A stretch of DNA of 64,000 nt, from the NCBI GenBank assembly GCA_000708835.1, contig DF237345.1, positions 1-64,000 of the forward strand. Direction: 5' to 3'. Within the stretch, counting starts at the first letter, position 1. Every line of letters begins with the position of its first letter. Of the stretch, positions 36,501 through 48,700 are shown piece by piece. The position numbers were made by a program, and so were the translations under genes. A model generated the notes under the pieces. The model had not been told where the DNA came from. It saw nothing but the letters and a program-made list of their open reading frames with translations, and did no database searches. The stretch comes from Klebsormidium nitens. Taxonomy: Eukaryota > Plantae > Klebsormidiophyceae.

Positions 36501-37949
36501 GTCCGCGGTTAGTGGGCGGTTAAGAGGCAGACGAACGGGATCCGAACGGACGGCTAACGAGGGTTTACCCGGGTCAGGGAGCCAAGGAGAGATTGATGAG
36601 GGGGAGAGTGCACCGCTGGTGGGGGGGACGCAGAGAGGGGGCGCGGAGGGGGGGGAAGAGGAGGCCCGAAGCAGCGGAGAAGGGGAAGATGGGCTGGGGT
36701 ATGATGAAGAGGAGTGGGGCTTGCCGGATGCGATAAAGGTGAGGTCCTTGGGTTTTTGTTTCCGGAGAACTGGTTGCGCGCCATGAAGCCACGATGTCAA
36801 ATGCAGTGTCGAAACATACCTGCGGGGTCGGAAAAGTCATTTTCAATAAGCTCCTCGGGCGTTTGTTTCCGGTCAAGTGGTTATGCCCCATGAAGCCACG
36901 ATGTCGTGTTGCAGGTTTAGAGAACATATCGCGGGGCCGAAACGGGTTACTTTCGAGCCGGATGTGGCTTTCTTGCTGTGGCGTCCGGGCGGGACAGGGC
37001 GGTAGTCGAAATCTCGTTTACAAAAGTGTGTTGAGACCTATAGTGGTTTGCCCAGTTTCACCAAGCGCTGGAGCCACAGTTTCGTTTGTCGTATACCTGT
37101 CACTGCGCAATCAGCGGTTTCCAACGACTTCCCGCATGCTCGATCTGGAGCGTTTCGGCCCTCAGCGTCGAAGAAACTCATTCACCTGCCAATGACACCC
37201 CCCCGAATCCCGCCCGTCGCCACAACCTCGCCCAGCTCCAGAGTTGATTGACTTGCGGCCCAGCCTGTGAAGTCGCCGTCCAGGCAATGTGGCAACTTCC
37301 GTACCTTCCTTGGGCTCTTGCTGACGTCATGCTGGCGTCATCCCCGCAGCTGGGCCTGGGCGACTTCATTTTCTACAGTCTCCTGGTGGGCCGAGCCGCG
37401 ATGTACGACCTGATGACCGTGTACGCGTGCTACCTGGCGATCATAGCCGGGCTCGGTGAGGCATAGCTTATCGGCCCAAGCCATATGAGTCGATTGCAAT
37501 CATAAGAACAACGTATGAGGGAACACGAAGGTAGTGCACACTTCACCGTCTCCAACAGGATTGAGGATCCTTGGAGAGTTATTGATATGCCAACCTCCCA
37601 GGGGTCAAGAAACCACCTCTTACTATATCTGCCCGCACAGCTTGCGTAAGGTCCTTTGAATGACCGTACATACTCTGAGGCCACTTTCGCACGTTCTGGA
37701 ACTGGATTGCATCTCCACGGGAGGCCGCATCTAAAACCTACTTCTTTAACCACCCGTTTCTGCCACGTCAATCTAAACTACTCTTCTTGCTGCACTGCAG
37801 GGGCGACCCTGGTGCTGCTAGCTGTGTACCGGCATGCTTTGCCAGCTCTGCCCATCTCGGTGGCCCTAGGAATGGTGTTCTACTTCATGACACGGATTGT
37901 GGTGGAGCCGCTCGTTGTTGGACTCGCCACGAACCTCCTATTCTTTTAG
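33537..37949 (+). CDS. PSEN: Presenilin (gamma-secretase catalytic subunit), plant type; about 7 exons
   Basis: MEPKSVIDGLGEEITAIVTPVSICM; LPEWTTW...LYDLAAVLAPGGPLK (YD); LGLGDFIFYS (GxGD); ALPALPIS (PAL motif); stop at 37947-37949. Confidence 0.95.
34785..34866 (+). repeat. Two 44-bp tandem units in a presenilin intron
   Basis: cttctggttttgaac(t/c)aaagagtt(g/t)aa(c/g)ctcagctttc, twice. Confidence 0.8.
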
Positions 37950-38873
37950 CAGTCAACAAAAGAAAGACCTAGGATCTGCTAACACATGATGCTCGACTGC
38001 TTGAATCAGTGAGGTCTGTTCCCTGTCTGTGATAGTACGTTAAATTTACTAGGCGGTCGGGTTCGAGGTTGCTCAATGAACAGTCTGCGGAAGAGGTACA
38101 GGAGTAATGCTCAGGGGCGAAGAAAGTGCTACCACCTCATGCTATGAGTGACCCGACAGTCATAGAGCTGTTCGAGAGCTTGATGGTCGTTGCGTTTGCA
38201 GTCTTCGAACGCACATTATGTCCGTATATGTCCAGATCATATGGCCCCACCCAGCACGGCCATGTAGGTAAACCTCTATCGACCTGCAAATTAACTAATT
38301 GTACGTCGACTCAGATCGATTCGCTGACCGCACCGTTGTCCAATGTCAGCAGAGGCAGCTCTCTGGCTATAAGCGCGGATCGATGATCGAGTTCATTGCT
38401 TGCATGAACTGGCTCGGGGGCCGTGCAGCTATCATATAGAATCTATCATATGTGACGTAAGCCAGCCTGCTGATCCAGGCCCACCAGCCCATCATTGCAT
38501 CTAGCTACGTACCGTGTCTGCACACGTGCATATGCGGCATGTGGTTCGTGGGCGGTGCACAGTGACCGTCTGGTGCCAGCCCGCCGTGCCATGACGACGG
38601 TCATGCACGTGCACATATGTCATTGGAATATATGCGCGGCTGAGCGCAATTGAGCTGGTTGGCCATAGCGTACTAAATATTGGCGGAGCGGCCGCATCGT
38701 ATTCATTCGTCTATGCCGGCGGCACATCCCAAGGTACTGCAAACCTTTCCAGATTCAATGCAATCTAACTCTAGCTCGCAGCTTCGATGCGAACTTGCAA
38801 GTTGCGCCCCGGACCTTATTAAGATACAAGTAAATGACTCATAACATAATCAACACTGCCAACATGGTAATAG

Positions 38874-41800
38874 TCATGTCCTTGTTTGCTCGAAACCGTC
38901 AGCAAGGTCCCGTGACCCCTCTACCGGCCGTTGGTTGTCCGGCGACAACTCGAGGCCGCCCGGTTCCAGCGCCCGGCCGTCCAACTTATTCCCCCAACTC
39001 GTAAGTGGCGTTACGTTGATGCCAAAGAATCCTACTGTTACAAGAGCGCCTCCAACAAGAAGCAGAACGCTCGGGCTGTTCCTGTTGATGAATATATCGG
39101 CGACGATCGCGATCGGCGTCTGAAAGGCGAGGCCGACGGTGGCGGCGGTCGGGGTTGTGAGGACCACTGCTCGGGCCCAGAGGTAGTCACTGAGGACGTT
39201 GTCGAGCAGACCTATGCGTCAAGGAAATACTCATGTGGTTTAGGTAAGAAAATTGATAGGTAGGATAGTAGTAGTTCTCCAGGAGAAATCAATCCTAAAA
39301 CCTAGACTGACAAATGGTCTCCAGCCTAACCCCCAGACTAACCCCTCCCGTTCCCCGGGCCATGACCATATCCCACCTAAGACTATCTTACCTTAAACCA
39401 TAGACCAACGCGTCAAGGAACACCATATCGTTCTGGAAGGCCTACGCGTTTCATGGGTCTGTGATGCGCGTTTCATCGTTTTGTGAGACGAGCGTCGCTT
39501 CTGCACGCTCCCGCGCATAAGGGAACCAGCACTCTGGCTGGCCCCACCCTGAGCGGAAGCACCGGTAACTCAAGAGTTCTAAAAATCATCTGCGAAACCT
39601 CCTTACCCTCGATCGCCTGAGTGCGCAGGGCAAGACATAGGGGACGAGCAGGGGGATGCAAAGAAAAAGGAATGGAAGAGCATATGGTGTGGCGAAATTT
39701 GTAAGAATTTGGATGCTGCCGCGACCTTGGTAATTGTTGAGAGCACCACACCGCCATTGTGATTGCCGCCGAAACTTCTGATACCGAACCGTATCGAGGA
39801 GGATCAGAACGCCCGGTAGAGCAAGTACCCAAACCAATGACACAACCTCAGATTTGTGTATCGGTACACAACTTCGGCGAATCTCGTTCCGATCAACTGA
39901 CAAATTTTGCCGCTTTTCTCTGCACTTTTCACAGCCCTTCTACTTAAGCTTCTTCATACGAGAAGAGTCTCCGACGGGGGCTCGACTCTCAAAATATGCC
40001 ATCGAGACTCTACAGCGAGGGACTCACCTTTCGCGATAATTAGCCCGAACTGCCTCCCCCCCATCTTGCGCACCCGCTCCACCCCGGTGACGTGCAACCC
40101 CAGCAGGATCGGCCACAGCAGGAGCGCGCCGAACAGCCCCACAAACCCAAAAACCAGAGCGGTGGAAACTTTCTGTTCCGGAACCGCCTCCCCCTCCTCC
40201 TCTTCACTCCGTTCGTCCGGCAGTTCTTTCCTCAACATGGTGGTGTAAGTTGCGTATAACAGCGCGGAAAGGAGAACCAGCGCGTCTCCAAGGATTGGGT
40301 TAGGGGCGCGGTTACGGGATTGGGGGTCCGGGGCAGAGTCTGCGACGCTGACTAAGGCGGTACCCCCCATGACGCAGCCGATCATGGCGAGCTTGAAGAA
40401 GGTGAAGGGTTCCTTGAGCCAGACGACCGAGATGATGAAGGTGAAGAGAGAGGAGCAGCTGCTGAGGATCGTGTTGGACTGCAGGACGAGGGAGGAGGGC
40501 GAAACATTGGCAGTCAATCATATACGAACACTCGAAATGGACGAGAAACGGGTCGACAGAGGAAGAAGCAGGTGACCAGGATTAGTTTAAGGCTACAGGA
40601 AGGGAGGGGGCGGGGACAGATCTTATAGCGAGGCTTACAAGCGCAATGCACCGAGGGGGACACCCTTTAATCAAGTGGACGATTGCACGGCTTGGATGGC
40701 CTTGTGCTAACAAGGAAGAAACTTAGTGACAGGCAGCAATGGAATTCAGGGGAAGGGCTGACGACGATACACATTCAAAGAGCTCAAGCCAACTTCTTAG
40801 CAGCCTTGCTCACCGTGACTGTCGTTAAAATGAGCGACAGGTTGAACGTGTACTGCCCCATGAACCAAAGCGGCGCAATCACCAGCCCGATGCGCGCCGC
40901 CCGCTTGTGCTCCTCGCAATACCCCCCTCCCTGCTGGTGCTGCATGCCCGGATGCCACAGATGCTCGCTCATGTCCACCTCGGAATACCCCCCCAGATCC
41001 TCCTCCGAAAACACGTCGCTGGCGAGCCGGTGGGGGCTCGGCAGAGGCATTCGATGACCCTCGGGACCCCCCCCATCTGACGTATCAATCCAGAGGCCCT
41101 GTTCGGGGGTGCTCGGAAGCGCCGGGGGCCTGTGAGCGTGGCTCAGGCTGTGGCGTCGGTCCTCGACAGGGCCTTCTGGAGGGGAAAAGTCGACCGCCCG
41201 AAAACCGGAAGCGCCCGGGGAACGGGGGCTTGCGCGTCCCCCTGGAAGAGAAACTGCGGAGACGAGGTGGTGGTGCAAAGGGCGCAGGTCGGGGGACATG
41301 CCCTGTCTCTTGGGGGACGCTCCGTGCTTTGGGGGGGAGGCTCCAGTCGGAGGCAGATCAGGTGATTGCGCCACCCCGCGTGTCGTAATCCTTGGCAGAT
41401 TCTGATGTCCTGAAGAATGGGAACTGTGACCCTCCGAAAGGGGCGCACCGTGCCCCCCCCCCGGCATCGCTGCATTATGGACACCCCCATTTTGAAGGCT
41501 GTCATTGTCTGCTGGCTCGAGATCTGGTTCGGACCTCCCCGGGCTTGCCAAGCCAATCACTGTGTACGAGACGGGCAGGCTCTTCCGCCGCCACAGCTCA
41601 AAGTGCCAGTTGGGTTTCTTCTGCCCCCCCACCTCGCGCTGCGGGGAGGTCGGGAGCTGCAGGGCTCTCCGAGCGAGGCGCCTTTTGAGGAAGGATTGGC
41701 AGCCGCGTGTGGCTTCCGTCAGGGGGATGTACAGGATAAAGAGTGAATTGCAAATGTAGGTCAAGAGGAACGGCGTGGTCCCGGCCGCTTCGACGGCTTG

Positions 41801-41896
41801 GACAACGAAGCTGGCGACCACCCAGATGAGCGCGACGGCCGTGACAAAAGACATACCGAGGGCCCACCGGCCCTGGGGCCCTAGAGACGAACCCAT
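38874..41896 (-). CDS. SLC35F5: SLC35F5/THI74-like EamA-family transporter; exons 41896-40814, 40478-40028, 39211-38874
   Basis: RWALGMSFVTAVALIWVVASFVVQ...PFLLTYICNSLFILYIP; APLWFMGQYTFNLSL..TTVT|SNTILSS; GDALVLLSALLYATYTTML; LLDNVLSDYLWARAVVLTTPT. Confidence 0.9.
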
Positions 41897-42754
41897 AGCA
41901 CCCCGCCCTCAACCCAGACCTCAACACCCAGAGCAGACAAGACTGTACTGTTAACCTGAAGCAGGATTGGTCAAGGGAAACCAGGTCTCCTCAAGATTGT
42001 GATTAGAGGGAGCCAGGAGCTCCTGGCTCAGGGTTGCAAGTTACCCGTCTCTCATTGACAGTTGCTCTTCCAGAATTCTGGTCAGTGCAGACTTCGATTG
42101 GACCTTTCAACCAGCGGAGGAAGCGCCTTAGCGGCACCGTGGCTGGACTACCAGTAAGATCCTCTTTGCATGACTTTCTTTAGGGCACCACTGTCGTATA
42201 GGGCAAGTCTAAGAATGAAGCCAGCAAACCCGCTAGCATTTGCGAAGAAGACTTGCATCTCCGCACGTGAGCACTGCATTGTCCACCCCAGCATTCATCT
42301 GCTGCAGACCTTCAAAGCTCCTCGATTCAGCTGACAGGATTGTGATTACTCAATTTACTGATGCGCCTTTGCCTCAACAAACATTAAGTAGGATGTCGTC
42401 GCCAATGCTGGCAGTGGTCAGAAATCAGCTACCTAGCTAGAATTTCTAGCACTGGCAGAATCAAAGCGAATTGAAAAATGGGGTAGGAAATGGTATAGGT
42501 TTTACCCCCTTTCCGTAATTCCATCTTTGTAGGGGGTCTCGATGCGTGCGAAATCGAGCCCCTCGTTGCCTGCTTTAGAACTGCTTTGCCCTCTTGCTAG
42601 ATAGGTAGCTGTAGCACGGTAGCTCTCATGCAGGCCCTCTTCACTTCAAGAGTCAGCAGGGATTCAGCTCCATTGTTGCTGCGCAGGATTGTGATCTGCG
42701 TTCAGGAAGGAATATCTCAAGGATCAATTCATTTTACGGGCCTTCTTGGGCAGC

Positions 42755-45700
42755 ATGTCTGCGGAGGCCCTCCTCACCGGGGTGGGCGAGGTTTCTGATG
42801 AGGCGCCACTGCTGTTCTCATCACGCCGGTCGCCTGTCCTGAGCCAGAATGGCATCGTCTCCTCATCCCAGCCCCTCGCGACTGCTGCCGGGCTCAGAAT
42901 TCTGCAGAAGGTGAGAGTGGTTGACGTTAACGTACACCTCGAGTGACTTCTTCTCTGTATAGTACATGATTAATTTGCCCCTTCCTTACTGTGCGAGCTC
43001 AGAGGGAGCTTCGGAGCACGGGATAAAGTACGCAGTGCATCAATCAAAGCTCAACACTCAACGGTGTCACAGATTGTTGATGAATCACAATTTGCCCTCA
43101 TAGAAATAGACACAGAGAGTTATGACGTCTCTTGCTTGGTGATGAAGCTATGATGAAGTTGCTCATACTGCACAATGGAAGATCAATTTGGATGGTCACT
43201 TCCTTCTAAATAGTCCCTTCCTTTTGATATAGCTGTTGTGCTGTAGTACCACCCCAGTCAGAAGGAGGTATGCTGGGAAAAGTGCATGTAGGCTCCATAC
43301 CTCACTGTTGTGCTTTCGTCCAAGTCAACGGTCTCCCCAATTGAGCACTGGTCTGCACACTTACAGCACTTGATTCAACCTGCAAGCACCTCTCTTTTGA
43401 CTATCTGTTGGCCCTGTTGTGTTTGTAGGGAGGGAATGCTGCGGATGCCGCAGTCGCGGTGGCTGCCTGCCTGAATGTTACTGAGCCCTGCTCCACTGGT
43501 AAGCCTGATCAGAATTTTGAGACAGCCTTGGTCTAGCTTGCCTGAGCCTTTTCACATATCTACTATGCATCGCATGCCTCCTCATCTGCAATGCTCCTTT
43601 CAAGCAGTGCCTCTTCTCAATTTGGAATAAAACGGACACTTCTCATCAACTGCAAGTGCAAAGATCAGAAGTTGGCGACACGAGGAGGATCATAACAGAC
43701 TCTTTGTTGGGTATTCTTTACATCTTGTTTGAGTACAAGGGGATATTCTCCTCCACGTCATCATCACCCTTCAATGTGGAGTTCTAATTTCTTGAGAAGT
43801 TCACAGTGTCGATCTCAGCTCTTCTGCATCAATGGCCCCAATTGCAACTTGTCCCTTCTCATCCTGCAGGCATTGGGGGAGACGCCTTTGCGCTCTTCTA
43901 CGATGCAGCCAAGAGGACCGTAAGCTGCGTCCAGGGAAATGGCCGTAGCCCCTCTGGCCTCACCCAGGACCTGATACAAGAGCGGGGAATCAGAGACGCC
44001 CTCCCAGTCTATAGCGGATTGACCGTCACTGTGAGTGTGTTTGTCTCGCCTGAAGGCGACCGATCCAGGTGCTGTAGCTGGTCAGTATGTCTCATTTTTT
44101 TTTTAACGGATTAATGTGAAACATACCGACCAGGTCGCACTGCTCATCGGCCCCCTAACCTCGAGAGAGACAGTTGATCAGAGAAGAGTGAAATCCGTAT
44201 CCAGCTTACTCAGAAAGCGCAATTCCCAAGCTCCTCGTTTGGATTGATTGACAGGGGTTTGGCTCAATCTGCTCAACGTCTGAAGGCCATCGCCGCTTGG
44301 TTGAATCTGTGTTGTGGAACGGGTTCGCCTCCATATTCCACAGCTTCATCTCAACTTGTAAAGCCCTAAACTGCTCCATCTGTTCTAGCTCACAATCCAA
44401 GCTTGGGTCCAGAAAGCCTCCCAGCCCCTTCTCAGACGACAAGCGAAGGACCAATCTCAATTCAGATCCCTGGTGCTGCCGCCGCCTGGGCTGACATCAT
44501 CGAGCGGTTCGGCACGCTCCCGCTGTCCGAAGTCCTCGCCCCCGCCATCGAGCTCGCTGAAAAGGGCTACCCAGTGTCTCCTATCACCGCCTCCCATTGG
44601 GCCCGAGGCGTGGATCAGCTGCAGCAGGGGGGTCCGCACGCAGGGGACATGCTGATTGACGGGCGAGCCCCCCGCGCAGGAGAGATCATCAAGATGCCCA
44701 AGCTCGGAAAGTGAGGGGCAACGTCTGGTGCAGAGCCGTTCTGTGTTTTTTTGTTGAGGTGGGGGAGTTCTGAAAGTTGGGCGCGAGAAGGCAGAGCTTG
44801 AAGAGTGAGGGAGGGAACCTCGAACTTCGCGGCTCACACCACGTGGTGCAGTCTCAGCAGTCTTCGGGGTCACTGCCACTTGTGGGTTTTCTTATAATCT
44901 TGTTCTTTGTTTATTTGGGTACCCATGCAAGTTTAATCCGTGATCGTATCCAAACGTTTCTATTCTAAACAAGATACTTGAGCACTCATGGAGATTTTGA
45001 TTTTTGACTATCAAAAATAGGCAATCTTTCCTTCTAAGCTCGTGAGCCCCGTCGTTTGCTGCAGCACTTTTCGACTGTTGGCCGAGCACGGCAAGAAGGG
45101 TTTCTACGAGGGGGCTGTTGCGGAGGCAATCGTCAAGGCCGTAAACTCGAAAGGCGGAGTCTCTACGCTCCAGGATCTCAAGGAGCACACAACTGCATTC
45201 CCCGAGCCGATCCACACCACCTATAAGTGAGACTTCCTTCCAGTCCTTGTGCAGGTGCGAATTGTTGCGTTCATTCTTCGTGTCAGAAGAAAGATGAAGA
45301 AGGGGACAGTTTTTGCTTTTCGTTTGCTGGTTATCATACACAAACGGAGACCCGTCGATCCTCTGACGGGATTCGTTTCCCAACATCTATATTTAAAGAC
45401 GAACGGCTGTACGCGTTTCGTGTATGAACGCTACTTTATCTATACGGCCTGGACACCGTAACGCCTCGGAACAAATCCTTTCTAACCAGAATTCTTCGAA
45501 CTGCGGAGGCGCACAGCATCGCAAGGCGACTTGGGAGTGCTTCTTTCAGTCTCACATGTGCGGGCTGTTTTGCAGGGGCGTTCAGGTTTGGGAAGTCCCC
45601 CCTCCGACGCACGGGCTAGCGGCTCTGATAGCGCTGAACATTCTGGAAGGTAAGCGCTCTCTTTCTGGGCTCAGGCTACTCCATAGACAATGTTCTGACT

Positions 45701-48700
45701 AAGCGCTGAATGTCGACTCCATTCTTCGTCGTTTCGTGCCTCTGGCTATGGTAAGTTTCATAATCGAGGGTCGAACCGGGCGGTCGAGAATGGTGCTAAA
45801 ATTTTGTCGGAGACTGCTAGCGGCCTTGTCGACTGCTTGCGGCCTTCTGGAGCGCATGGGCGCCCAGAATGCCGGCCGCATTTTCGGTCACACGCTGTAC
45901 AGTAGACTCTTCTCCGTCCCAAGCGTTTCCAGCTCTTTGGCGATCAAACAAGGGCTTATGCAGGTCAGCAGGGGGCTCATGTCCCACAGGGGCCCGTGGC
46001 ATCCCCCCCAGATCGGTTCGTCTGCAAGTGCACGACGTGCTTTCAGAGGTACACGTTTCCGGACTCGAGCAAGGGCAAGTATGTGCGCTGCCAAAAGTGC
46101 CGGGGGGCATTCATGCCAATGGAGGAGACGCCCAATGGCGGCGCGCCAGGGCCGCGCACAGCAGGTGAGAGCGGTCAATCGAACGTCGATCACCCTCCAC
46201 TTCTCAAAAAGGGAAATTTTGACTCTGTTAGGAGTGGGGCGGTCCAGTATCAGAACTTCGGGATTTACCTTATGAGAGTCAAGTGCCAATCGACTTTTGT
46301 TGGAGGTTTGGAGTAAGGGCTGCTAAACTTGCTTGAAAAGTGCGGGCCTCATGAATTAAGGTGTATTTGGTAGTGGTGCGCTGCATTTTTAGTCCCTCGG
46401 TAAGCGCGTTCGACTCAGGGGCTCTCTTCACGGGTTCAGAGCCTCATGCTTCTTGGAGTTCGTCGTTAAAAGCGTGTCGCTTGTAGACAGGGCCTTTGGG
46501 CAAAATCCGCTTTACGTTCTTGTCGATCATGGCACTGGTACATTCTGGTATTGTGAATCGTGGTACCGATTCTTTTGATATGTTGGCACCCAAAGCCCGA
46601 CCTTACGCGGATTTTGGTCAAGGAACAAATTGCAAGTGCCCTCTCCAACTTCGACAATCCAAGAGCTGTCCCCCAATCCGCTGTTCTTGACGCTCACAAG
46701 TTCTATACCCGTAAGCTGTCCCCCGCATTGCATCTTGATATTGAGAGTGCTTCCCCGCAACCCCTGTCGGTACAGCCGCGCCCCGAGCTGCTCCCCCGTC
46801 TTTTCCTGCAGCACCTGCGCCCGCTCCCGCTCCGACCCAGCCTCCAGTCGTCCGGCCGGCGCCGCCTCAGCCTCAGCCTCAGGGTCAGGCTCAAGCTCAC
46901 GCTCATAGGGTGTTCGCACTGTAGTTTCTGAAATTGAAGAAAGTGACCACCCGAGCCTGATCGGGCTCGGTTTTGACCGGTACCGTTCGCAATGGATACC
47001 GTTGCGGCCGAGCACCGTCGCCTCGATCATGGTCTTCGGGCCCGAGAGAATTGAGCCCAAGCCTGATCGGTTTGGATGTCGACTCGATTCAAAATCGATC
47101 AGGCTTGGGCTCGAGATGTCCGAACCGAGCCCGATCGGGCTCGGTTTTGACCGAAAATTGCCAAGTGCGAATACCCCATCAGCCCCAGGCTCAGCATGCT
47201 TAAGACCAGAAAGTTATTACCAGAGTTCAGGGCCAGCTGCCACACTGACGGTTTCTCGACCCCCAGCCTTTCTGGTTGACGCCGGCCCTACAGCCATCCC
47301 GCCGAAACTTGTTCCTTGTAGGTCTGGAATACTTTCAGAGGTCCAATATGTGTCGCCCTTTCCCGCCTGTGCAGCCCAGGGCGGCGGCACATTGTTGGGC
47401 GACCATTCGTCGGTGCAGCACTACCACGTGTTGATCGAGGCCATGCGGCTCGCGTTCGCGGACTCGCTCGCATACATCGCCGACCCGCTCGTTGTGCACT
47501 GCCCCATCCAAGAACTGCTTTCAAAGGTGGATCACTCGACTCGCGCTAAGACTTTCGGTTAAGATTGACTAGGTTCTCCCTGGGGGTGTTGGAAAGAGGG
47601 TAATCTTGCACACGAAGCTTACGCTATCCAGCTTCCCGGCAGTTCTACAGCTTCTCCCCAAGCAACCTGCCAGTTTTAGTGTCGACTAATGTAGACTGTT
47701 TTCAGTCGGCAGCAGACTGAATAGCTTAGACTAATATTCTCAGTAAAACTGGCTGGATGGTCGGGAGAAGCTGTAAATTGGGAGGCGCGTGCGAGTCAGC
47801 TCCCTGCCGTCTCAAGCTAAGACCCTTGTCGCAACAATGAGAAAAGGGAGTGTTTTGAAAAAAAAGGGAAGGCACAGAAGATGTTGAGCAACACAAGCTT
47901 AGTCGTCTCTTTTGGCGGTCTCTTTTGCTCACCAATTTTCCCCTCTTTCGCCCTAATCCTCAACGATCAGTCAATCTTCCATAAACATGGGACCTTCCAT
48001 CTGGCTCTCTTAGAGAATGCACCACCATTGAATCCTTTCACCTCAGCGTAGGATGCGTTTTTCCTTTTTCGATGTTTCGGAAGCAGCTCATACTGCCTGG
48101 TAAACTTGTTTCAAAAGCCAAGATCGTTGAGACATCAAGTGCGCGGAACTTTTGATTGTCTTGTGTTGACATCGTAGATAACAGCGTTCGAAGTTTGAAG
48201 CCGCCGTCTGAGCGGATAGAGGCGAGAAGCTATGTGACACTGACAGTTCCATATTCTCAGCAGGTGTATGTTTCTTTACCGTCATTATGCCTCGATCAAC
48301 AAGGTAGGTCTCGATCAACTGCCGTTCCGTTCAACCAAGTTCTCCGTGTCTCGCAGGAGCACGGAAAGGAGCGCGCGGCCCTCATCGACCTTGAAAAAGC
48401 GATCCACGTCACGCCCAGCATCCAGGGCGGAGGCTCGGACACCGTTTACTTTTGCGTTGTCGACGGGAAGGGGAACGCCTGCAGTATGATTAACAGGTGA
48501 GAATCGGCACACCTCCTTTTGAGGTCCGCCAGCATCCTCTCGTATCTCCCAGCAAACTCACCTTGGATAAGACAAGGGATCTGTGCACACTAGCCCGAGT
48601 TTCTGAGTCACCTTGAGAAGCAATGACACTTCAAAAATAGATAGCTTTAGGAATAGTAAGATCACCAGCCTGGGACGGGTAGGGTTAGTTTGGGGTTTAG

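Noticed and set aside
45888-46289. Minus-strand 133-aa ORF as a nested antisense gene
   Set aside because: It is the reverse complement of the zinc-ribbon block; the plus strand has the splice sites and the motif.
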